64,000 bases of DNA from an uncultured virus (IMG/VR IMGVR_UViG_3300047548_000908) (taxonomy: Duplodnaviria > Heunggongvirae > Uroviricota > Caudoviricetes), in IMG/VR virus record IMGVR_UViG_3300047548_000908, positions 62,001 through 126,000 of that record. The stretch is one strand, 5' to 3'. Numbering within the stretch: the stretch's first letter is position 1; each line of letters starts with the position of its first letter. Positions 19,296 to 27,196 of the stretch are shown in pieces. The notes beneath the pieces were generated by a model. That model was not told where the DNA came from. It was given only the letters and a program-made list of their open reading frames with translations, and ran no database searches. Made by a program: the position numbers and the translations under genes.

Positions 19296-21462
19296 CGGAA
19301 CTCACCACTGCATAATGCTTAGGGGCAATCATTTTTATTTTATACTCATCATCTCTAGTATCATTAGGCATAGATAAGAAGTACGTTTTTTTGCTACGAG
19401 GCCTTCCCCATGGCTTCATACTTACCCCATCGTCTTCTACATGAACTACATGCCCCATTTGCCCTGGTACTTTCCAATCGACACGGTTGCCTGAGGCAAG
19501 CAACTGTTTAACTGTTTGAATTATCTTACTTCTATCATCGTCGCCCCATGGCTCATTGTTTTTACTCTTAGGAGGCTTTGGCGGCTTTATGAATCCATCG
19601 TTGGCGAATTCTTTAATAGCCGATGAGGAAGATTGTTGTGTGTTTGCTCTTTTTTGTTGCTGTATTAAATTAACATACCAAGTATGCTCTGGTGTTCCTG
19701 GAGACAATGTAATCGTAGTGAATATCTGAACTCCTAGTTTGTTTTTTCTGTTAGATCCGTAAACCACTGGATAGAGTACATCCTTTTTTAACCCTCCCCA
19801 AATAGGCAGCTTTGCGTTAAACAATACAGCATTGACGGACTTACCAAACTTTTCTAAACCTGCTTTAGTAACGGTAGATGATACTTGAGAAATTTTATCG
19901 AACTCTTTACTTGTGATAGAGGTTGCAACATTATTTGGAGCTTTAACAATATTAGGATTATACTTATCAAAAAACAAGCTACGCCTCAGTAAATTATCAG
20001 AGGTACTCTTATAAGAAGTTCCATAGTACAACACCGCGTCAACTTTTATAGGTGATTGTTTTGCAGAAAGCATATCGGTTATTCCAGTAGTATTATTTGC
20101 CCCGCTAACTAAATTAGAAAGTTTTGTCAGATACTCCTTTCTATACATATTAGGGTCGTTTGCAATCACCATAGCCCGAACAAATCTGCCAACTGAATCT
20201 ATAACATCATTTAGGTTAGATAAGTAATCTCCACCAGCGTGCCTGAAACTTATCCATTTTCCATTATTGCTTATACTTGCTTTATGATTGTTAGATACGT
20301 TTAATGCAATATCTTGAAGTATTGCTATTCCGTTTTCATCAAAAACAGTTAGAGGGGTTTTGTTGGTTGTTATGCCTTGCTTTATTGAGGACATCACACC
20401 CTGAGCAAAATCATTCGCTGCTCTTCCCCATTTTTGCAAAACATATTGATCACCGGAGAACACTGCTAATTTAAGAACATCTAGTCCATTTGGTATACTG
20501 ATGTTAATGTGAATACCAGTAGAGCTATTTGTGTAAGCACCAGCTTGCTTTGCTATCTGATAGAACTTCTTCAAAGCATTTACAGCTTCAATTGCAGGTA
20601 AGGGTGGAGTAACTACTTCTGCTGCACCATCATTTGGATTGTTTGGTCTGACGGAAACGTCAGGTTCAATATACCATTGATCTGCTGTTTTTTCTTCCCC
20701 GTGATATGCTTTTAGTACCTTAACATTTTGAAAAGTTTTTGCAACTAACGGTTCTAGAATTGACGCAGCACCCATATAGTCATAACTAACTGGGTATATG
20801 TCATAACTATCTCCTCTTGGCATATAACCAAAAACTTCATGTTTAAGTTTGTAAAAGTTTAGTTTGGGATTCTGTACTAATTTTGCGATATCATCAGTGC
20901 CAAACACATCTTGGAAAAACGATGTATTAGCATAGGTTTCTATTCTGTTTACTTTTTCAGCTAGGTCTTTAAAATCTCCGTTTTCCTTATTTTCAAAAAA
21001 TGACTTAGTTACTCGCATGAAGTCAAACGTACTATTCTTATCGTATCTTCCACGCCTATCTCGCTCTATAGTTTGCTTCCACCTAGTCTTCACTGCGTTT
21101 TGTATTTCACTAGGAAGGCTATCAAGTAAAGGAATAAACATCTGTTGAGCAACTTGTTCATTGTATGCTTTGACCAAACTAGTAGAAGTCTTAACTGGCT
21201 TTCCATTAAAATTAAAAGGGGCTAGTAAGTCAAAAAGAAGATGAGGTCCATAGTACTTCCCCAGTAACTGCCAATCGGCTGGTACTTCTTTTATCCAATC
21301 AAGATCGTTTCCGCTTGTTTGTTTTATTTGTTTCCTAGGTACACAGACTTCGAATTCAAATCCCATCAAAACACCCTTTGCATTTGCCTGTTCAAGTGAT
21401 TGCCCAAATGCTTTAGGATTCATTGCAACTTCTGATACTGCACTAAACTCATTAAATCTCAT
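19285..21462 (-). CDS. putative amidoligase, divergent paralog 3, with C-terminal extra domains
   Basis: GFEFE, IEPDVS, AEVVTPP, STGIHINIS, ISFRHAGG. Confidence 0.75.
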   Translation of the reverse strand: MRFNEFSAVSEVAMNPKAFGQSLEQANAKGVLMGFEFEVCVPRKQIKQTSGNDLDWIKEVPADWQLLGKYYGPHLLFDLLAPFNFNGKPVKTSTSLVKAYNEQVAQQMFIPLLDSLPSEIQNAVKTRWKQTIERDRRGRYDKNSTFDFMRVTKSFFENKENGDFKDLAEKVNRIETYANTSFFQDVFGTDDIAKLVQNPKLNFYKLKHEVFGYMPRGDSYDIYPVSYDYMGAASILEPLVAKTFQNVKVLKAYHGEEKTADQWYIEPDVSVRPNNPNDGAAEVVTPPLPAIEAVNALKKFYQIAKQAGAYTNSSTGIHINISIPNGLDVLKLAVFSGDQYVLQKWGRAANDFAQGVMSSIKQGITTNKTPLTVFDENGIAILQDIALNVSNNHKASISNNGKWISFRHAGGDYLSNLNDVIDSVGRFVRAMVIANDPNMYRKEYLTKLSNLVSGANNTTGITDMLSAKQSPIKVDAVLYYGTSYKSTSDNLLRRSLFFDKYNPNIVKAPNNVATSITSKEFDKISQVSSTVTKAGLEKFGKSVNAVLFNAKLPIWGGLKKDVLYPVVYGSNRKNKLGVQIFTTITLSPGTPEHTWYVNLIQQQKRANTQQSSSSAIKEFANDGFIKPPKPPKSKNNEPWGDDDRSKIIQTVKQLLASGNRVDWKVPGQMGHVVHVEDDGVSMKPWGRPRSKKTYFLSMPNDTRDDEYKIKMIAPKHYAVVSSDVR

Positions 21463-22249
21463 TCTGCTGTGTTCCTTTACTGTTCTTCAATGCGGCTTTT
21501 AACGGCTCCCACATATCTTTATTTATCAACAAACAAGGACCACCAATCCAAAACTCAAATATCTCATTCATTATAGGAGCTATATTCTTCGTAGTGTAAT
21601 ATGTGAACCCAGTTTTTTTAGGGCTATATGCGACCTCGACAAGTTTAGCAATTTCTTCTCCGGATACACCAGTTACTCCAATAACGGAAAAAATTTCTTC
21701 AGGAGTCTTAGACTTAAGCGAAGCAGTAAACTCTTCATACGAAGACACAGGAAGATCCAGTCTGCTCCAATAGTAATTCCAAAATTCTATAGGCTTTCTT
21801 ACTCCAGCAATAGTTATTTTAGTATCCCACATATCTTGTCTATTAACAGATCCTATTTTTACACCATCGAATGGAATTACTATTAAAGGATCACCAGATG
21901 CATATCCGTTAGCAGTAGCATAATGAGTAGTGGCAATGAATGATCTTGATCGTTTCGGGAATCTTGACATCGATGGCAGACCATCTAGTATTATCGTGTA
22001 GTAATTCCTAGTGTTTTGACTAACTCGTACAGTCAACGCGGGATTTGCTGAAGCGAACCCGGTTTTTGCTACTTTCATAACTTCATTCGAAGAAAATCCT
22101 CGCCAAATCGGGGAATTGTTCTGTAGCATCCAAGCAGCGTCTTTGCAATCATTTCGTGCAACGTTAACTGCCTCTTCTAATGTAAGCTGCACAAATTGAA
22201 TTTCTTGACCAGGTGCCGCAGCCTCAGTAATTATTTCGTTTATCCGCAT
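21452..22249 (-). CDS. ADP-ribosyltransferase-like protein, paralog 1
   Basis: IWRG...RSRSFIATT...EFWIGG (R-S/T-E pattern). Confidence 0.5.
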   Translation of the reverse strand: MRINEIITEAAAPGQEIQFVQLTLEEAVNVARNDCKDAAWMLQNNSPIWRGFSSNEVMKVAKTGFASANPALTVRVSQNTRNYYTIILDGLPSMSRFPKRSRSFIATTHYATANGYASGDPLIVIPFDGVKIGSVNRQDMWDTKITIAGVRKPIEFWNYYWSRLDLPVSSYEEFTASLKSKTPEEIFSVIGVTGVSGEEIAKLVEVAYSPKKTGFTYYTTKNIAPIMNEIFEFWIGGPCLLINKDMWEPLKAALKNSKGTQQNEI

Positions 22250-22251
22250 GA

Positions 22252-23076
22252 TTAACTCTGTTTTTTCTTTGATTTCTTACTTGCTGCTAACGCGGCTCTT
22301 AATTGATCCCACATTGTCAATGAGATAAGCATACAAGGCCCACCTATCCAAAGTTCTTTTCTACTACCTTTCATTAAAGGCATTAGATTTTGAGTAGTAT
22401 GTACAGTAAACCCTGTTTGCTCAGGGCCGTAAATAGTGTTAAGCATCTTAGCAAGCTGTTTCCCGTCTAAGTCATTAACTAACATCGCATCCCTAATTTC
22501 TTCGGCGGTTTTAGTTTTGAGTGCAGCAATGAAGTTTTTATATTTTACTTCTGATGGCTGGTTATTAGATTCAGGTAGTCCAAGATTTTCCCAAGCATAA
22601 TTCCATTTGTGAATGTTTTTTGTAACATCACCTATCGTTATTTTAGTGAACCACATATCTTGTCTGTTAACAGACCCAATCTTGACACCATCATATGGAA
22701 TGATTGCGGTTGGTCGATGATAAGCATAACCATATGCACCATTGAACTCAGTAGATGCTATAAAGGATCTTGATCTCTTGGGGAAGCCCTTCATTGAAGG
22801 AATGTTGTCTAGAATTATAGTGTAGTAGTTAGTGGTATTCTGACTTATTCGTTCTGTCTGAGAAGGGTCAACATCAGAAAACCCGGTTTGATTAATTAAA
22901 GCGTTCGTATCTTTAGATGGGAATCCTCTCCATATAGGAGTACCCTTCTGCAACATCCAAATAGCATCTCTGCAATGAGTGTTTAGAGTATTTACTGCTT
23001 CTTCGACAGAGGGCTGCCCATACTGAATTTCTTGTCCAGGTGCAGCCGCTTCGTTGATTATCTCGTTTATTCGCAT
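22252..23076 (-). CDS. ADP-ribosyltransferase-like protein, paralog 2
   Basis: IWRG...RSRSFIAST...ELWIGG; N-terminus nearly identical to paralog 1. Confidence 0.5.
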   Translation of the reverse strand: MRINEIINEAAAPGQEIQYGQPSVEEAVNTLNTHCRDAIWMLQKGTPIWRGFPSKDTNALINQTGFSDVDPSQTERISQNTTNYYTIILDNIPSMKGFPKRSRSFIASTEFNGAYGYAYHRPTAIIPYDGVKIGSVNRQDMWFTKITIGDVTKNIHKWNYAWENLGLPESNNQPSEVKYKNFIAALKTKTAEEIRDAMLVNDLDGKQLAKMLNTIYGPEQTGFTVHTTQNLMPLMKGSRKELWIGGPCMLISLTMWDQLRAALAASKKSKKKQS

Positions 23077-23104
23077 AATTAGTATTTATCGTATGCGAAC
23101 ATTA

Positions 23105-23204
23105 AGTAGACATCCAGCTTACTTTATACTGGGCCAAGTGCGCCTGGCAGTGAAATTTCGCGGACGCCTTATACCGTAGCGACAAACGGCCCTAAGGTGG
23201 GTTC
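23105..23204 (-). ncRNA. candidate structured non-coding RNA
   Basis: GC-rich intergenic island with three hairpins whose G-U pairs favour the minus strand. Confidence 0.5.
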
Positions 23205-24074
23205 TTACGTTGAGCTTGATCTCTTATAAATGCTATATGCTTCTTTTTCCTTCCATTCTTCGCGCTCTGGGTCATATATTTCTATGTCATGGGAGGGTTG
23301 AACACCCATAAATGGTGTCATCTTAACGAAGTTTTTTCTTGTCAAATACACGCATTGGCCGCCTATCCAAAGTTCGTTACCTTCTTCTTCGTGAACCATA
23401 ACACTGGATAAGGTCGCGGAAGTGTGCAGAGTCATGCCTGTCTTTTGCGGGCTGTAAGCCTCAGGAATTTGTTTCGCTAACTCTTCACAAGTAATTGAGA
23501 ACGTCGATTCAATCTGTTGTCTTACCTCATCATTAGGAGGATTGCTAATGTATCGAATGATATCATTGTACGAGGAATCCGGAACGCCTAGTTTCTGAAA
23601 GACATCATTTATATCTTTTACTGAAGCTGTTTGTGACCCTAGTGTTACTTCGATGTTCCAAATATCAGGTGTATTTGTACAACCTATTTTAACTCCATCG
23701 AATGGAATGACAGCGATAGTAAGATCCTCTCTCCAAAATAATGCTTCTGATCTGTTTCGTGAGGTTGTGGCTATTATTGAATTTTGTCTTTTAGGGAACG
23801 CAGACATTGACGGTATACTATCAAATATTTGAGTATAGTGGTTGCTTGTACTCGTACTGGCCCTGGTAGAACCAGTAGGATCAACTATTGCACCTGTAAC
23901 CTTAGGGTTCCTCAACATGTCATATTCTCGCCACCCGACTGATCTCCATATTGGAGTACCATTTTCAAACATCCAAAGTGAATCCTTGCAGTTGTTTTTA
24001 AGAGCATCTTTAATCATATAAAAAATCTTGGTATTGATTTTTAGTTCTTCGGTTACAAACTCTCTAGCTCTCAT
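23205..24074 (-). CDS. ADP-ribosyltransferase-like protein, paralog 3
   Basis: IWRS...RQNSIIATT...ELWIGG. Confidence 0.5.
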   Translation of the reverse strand: MRAREFVTEELKINTKIFYMIKDALKNNCKDSLWMFENGTPIWRSVGWREYDMLRNPKVTGAIVDPTGSTRASTSTSNHYTQIFDSIPSMSAFPKRQNSIIATTSRNRSEALFWREDLTIAVIPFDGVKIGCTNTPDIWNIEVTLGSQTASVKDINDVFQKLGVPDSSYNDIIRYISNPPNDEVRQQIESTFSITCEELAKQIPEAYSPQKTGMTLHTSATLSSVMVHEEEGNELWIGGQCVYLTRKNFVKMTPFMGVQPSHDIEIYDPEREEWKEKEAYSIYKRSSST

Positions 24075-24091
24075 TTTTCTTCCACAATAGA

Positions 24092-24550
24092 TTAATATGG
24101 TTCTGTTATTGATTCAAACTCTGATGGATCGCCAGATATCTTATATACGGTAAAATCGTTAGGTTCAAACTCTACATTTGGTATCTTTTTCCAAGTAAAT
24201 CCACCACCAGTTTCGTATATACTATGATGAATATCAATCATGTAGACTCCCTCTTGTACTTGAATGACCGAGTATACATGCTGCTCATGATCTGAACTTA
24301 CGGTAGTAGAGGGTACTTCTGGTTTCAGTGACCAAAAGAAACTAACAAGAGCATCTGCGATAAGATGACAAATGCCTCCTCCTGCATATGTATCTCTATC
24401 GTCCTCATCCCAATCATTATAAACTTCTTGTGCGACTGAAGCAAGTTTAGGAAGCATTTGTTTTATTTCGTCAATGCTTCTAAGGTGAGAGTAGTCTTGT
24501 TCTTCATCTTCGTACTCTTCAAATAGATTAATAAATTCGCTTGCTCTCAT
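24092..24550 (-). CDS. hypothetical protein with possible Cys-His-Asp triad (papain/transglutaminase-like)
   Basis: GGICHLIA...QHVY...MIDI. Confidence 0.4.
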   Translation of the reverse strand: MRASEFINLFEEYEDEEQDYSHLRSIDEIKQMLPKLASVAQEVYNDWDEDDRDTYAGGGICHLIADALVSFFWSLKPEVPSTTVSSDHEQHVYSVIQVQEGVYMIDIHHSIYETGGGFTWKKIPNVEFEPNDFTVYKISGDPSEFESITEPY

Positions 24551-24927
24551 TCAATGATCTCCGGATGCTTTTTTACATAAATCTTGATATACATTCCAGC
24601 CATCATATCTGCTTCTGCTTCAATAGGAGATCCCGGATAACTATCACCTGGTTTTATCTTTCCATCTTGGTGTTGCTTTGCGTGAGTTAGTTCATGGAAA
24701 ATAGTTCTGAAGATATCGATAAGATTTCTGTTACCGATATAAATCCAAATGTGATTTTCGTCTGGCTTGTTTACGCCAGTGTGATGCCCTTCTTGAGCTT
24801 TATTTGAGTCTGAGCTAAAAGTTATCTTAGGATAAGGTTTTTCTAATCCAAGTACGTTTATAGACCATTTAACAAAGTCCAATATCTGTTGGTTTCTCTT
24901 GGCATTAACGAATTCGTCTGATTTCAT
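24547..24927 (-). CDS. HEXXH zinc metallopeptidase-like protein
   Basis: TIFHELTHAKQ...IEAEAD. Confidence 0.7.
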   Translation of the reverse strand: MKSDEFVNAKRNQQILDFVKWSINVLGLEKPYPKITFSSDSNKAQEGHHTGVNKPDENHIWIYIGNRNLIDIFRTIFHELTHAKQHQDGKIKPGDSYPGSPIEAEADMMAGMYIKIYVKKHPEIIE

Positions 24928-24937
24928 GATTAGATAT

Positions 24938-25519
24938 TTATCTACTTTGTTGATATAGTTGATTATGAATGATCCCGAGTACCTGTTTACTTACAACAAC
25001 TTCATAGTGATTTAAAGGAACTTCAACGATAGGAACACCTGCAATTGCCTTCATACTTGCAATAGTCACAACACTGTCATTTGGTTCATGCATCCAAGGA
25101 TTACTACCCTTCGTTGAAACCACGTTTAACCAATTTTTTGGTACGTTAAGAGATGAGAGATTTGCAATAGGAGAACTGTTTGGTCCTATGTCTCTGTAAA
25201 GAGTAATCAAGGGAAAAACCATACGCATCCAATCTGCATGTCTACTTCCCCCGTATGGAGTTGAGATGGTTACACCACCAATGGTTTTTTCGGCGAACTC
25301 GTTAGCAAGATAGTAAGCATAAATCCCACCTAAACTATGTGCTATAAAAAATATTTCTTCAGTGGATTCATTTAAACGTTCCTTCATTGACTTTAGGTTA
25401 TTCTTGAATCCATTTGAACTAGCATAATCAAACAGTATTTCTTTTTCAGGAAGGTGATCTCTTATATATGTGAATGTCTCTGAGCTTGCATTTGCTCCAT
25501 GTATGTAAACGATTTCCAT
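24938..25519 (-). CDS. alpha/beta hydrolase
   Basis: YIHG, AHSLGG nucleophile elbow, STPYGGS, NDSVV, NHYE. Confidence 0.85.
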   Translation of the reverse strand: MEIVYIHGANASSETFTYIRDHLPEKEILFDYASSNGFKNNLKSMKERLNESTEEIFFIAHSLGGIYAYYLANEFAEKTIGGVTISTPYGGSRHADWMRMVFPLITLYRDIGPNSSPIANLSSLNVPKNWLNVVSTKGSNPWMHEPNDSVVTIASMKAIAGVPIVEVPLNHYEVVVSKQVLGIIHNQLYQQSR

Positions 25520-25525
25520 ATCAAC

Positions 25526-26278
25526 TTACTTTTGAAAATACTCTGTATAACTTTCGCTAGTTATACCAATGCATGGTCCGCTAAACCAAACTTCTTTATC
25601 CTTCGGACGTTCGCTCACATATTCAGACATTGTTAACAATCTCAACCCAGTACGTGCAGGAGCTAACCTTTCCCATATTAACGGAATAAATTGATGAGGC
25701 TTGATTTCATCTGTTATTTCTTCTAGCCTTTCTTTGAACTCTGGAGTTCTTGTCCAGAGAATCATCGAGTCAAAGCTATCGCTTTTGAATCCAAGATGTG
25801 TTTTTAGAAAGTAGTTAAACCCCTCCATACCATTGCCGGGCCTGGTTTCAAAACCTATCTCAGGAATCGAAAGCGGAGTATCCCAAAAGTCTCTTTCTGG
25901 GCATACTGCAATTTTAGTTCCATTGTATGGAATTAGTATAAAAAGCTCCCCGAACCCTCCGGAGTATACTTTTGTACTTGAGCATATAAAACTATTGCTT
26001 CTTTTTGGCCAACCATTCATAAACGGAGAATTATCTAATAAAAGAGTATAATGGTTAGAAGTGTTTTGAGACTTTCGTATACCCGTACTAGGATCGAGTG
26101 TGTCGTAATATGGTTCACTTAGGTCACGAAACCCTCTCCATATTGGAAAGTCTAAGAAATTAATAGATAGTGCTTCACTACAATACTTTTGTAAGTCTTG
26201 AGGAAAATTTTTAATGTCTCCGGCGAACGCTGTGTAAGGAGTTATTTGCGCTTCCGATAAAATTTCACTAATTTTCAT
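25526..26278 (-). CDS. ADP-ribosyltransferase-like protein, paralog 4
   Basis: IWRG...RSNSFICSS...EVWFSG. Confidence 0.5.
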   Translation of the reverse strand: MKISEILSEAQITPYTAFAGDIKNFPQDLQKYCSEALSINFLDFPIWRGFRDLSEPYYDTLDPSTGIRKSQNTSNHYTLLLDNSPFMNGWPKRSNSFICSSTKVYSGGFGELFILIPYNGTKIAVCPERDFWDTPLSIPEIGFETRPGNGMEGFNYFLKTHLGFKSDSFDSMILWTRTPEFKERLEEITDEIKPHQFIPLIWERLAPARTGLRLLTMSEYVSERPKDKEVWFSGPCIGITSESYTEYFQK

Positions 26279-26697
26279 TTTTGGTAACTCATCGCATTTA
26301 CTAGTTGAGACATAGGTATACCTGCATTGTCATATCCTTGTCTGATTGTTTGAATATATTTCTTAGATGGGTGTGTATGTTTAAGGACGGTCCTAGTGTT
26401 ACTAGTCATCACATAAACAAATGCAGACTCAGGTTTACCTTTAGTTGAAACATCAACTAGTATCCTATCGTATAGATCAGGGTACCCTTCTATTTGATCT
26501 AACTCATTTAGTTTGCCTTCGTCAATATCCCAAAGACATCCTATCACACGATCACCACTTGACGATACAACATTGGCAAATCGCAGCATTTCAAAACGGT
26601 AATCCTTTAAGGTAGCAACACCCACAAATGACTCTTCATCGAAGTAATCCTTATGGGTGAGCATCCCGTATGCAAAGTATTTTATTGACTTGTTCAA
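26275..26697 (-). CDS. gamma-glutamylcyclotransferase (AIG2-like)
   Basis: YFAYG, LDQIEGYP.LY.R, AFVYVM, PSKKY. Confidence 0.85.
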   Translation of the reverse strand: MNKSIKYFAYGMLTHKDYFDEESFVGVATLKDYRFEMLRFANVVSSSGDRVIGCLWDIDEGKLNELDQIEGYPDLYDRILVDVSTKGKPESAFVYVMTSNTRTVLKHTHPSKKYIQTIRQGYDNAGIPMSQLVNAMSYQK

Positions 26698-26709
26698 AAT
26701 CTTATGTCT

Positions 26710-27168
26710 TTATATGGTTTCTTCTGGACCAACAACCGGCATCTTCATAACGCTTCGCAAGAACCATTTATGTTTACCATGTGCATCTATTCTACCAGCA
26801 ATAAAATCTGCGATTCCTTGTTCGTTTTCTCTATCCGCCACTTCAAAGATAGTGTTCAAAACCTTTATCATTTTTAGGTTATCTTCATACAGTTCTGAAA
26901 CCATTTCGTATGAGGTTAGTATTTCTGTTTGGTCTTTGATAACACTAAGTTTTGCAAAGGGCATAAATCCTGCTGGAACATAGTCATTTAGAATACGAAT
27001 ATATTCTGCGGTCTTGTCAATGGAGCCCTCAACATCTTCAATAATTTCATCAAACATTTTATGAAGCTGAGGGAAATCCGGTCCTTCTACGTTCCAGTGA
27101 AAGTTTTGAGCTTTGAAAAGAAAGCCGTATGTTGATCCTAATAATATTTTTAAGCTATCACTTAGCAT
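26710..27168 (-). CDS. dps: Dps/ferritin-like protein
   Basis: NFHWNVEGPDFPQLH, DKTAEYIR, KHKWFL. Confidence 0.9.
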   Translation of the reverse strand: MLSDSLKILLGSTYGFLFKAQNFHWNVEGPDFPQLHKMFDEIIEDVEGSIDKTAEYIRILNDYVPAGFMPFAKLSVIKDQTEILTSYEMVSELYEDNLKMIKVLNTIFEVADRENEQGIADFIAGRIDAHGKHKWFLRSVMKMPVVGPEETI

Positions 27169-27196
27169 TATGAATTCCTTTAATTTAAATTGTTTT

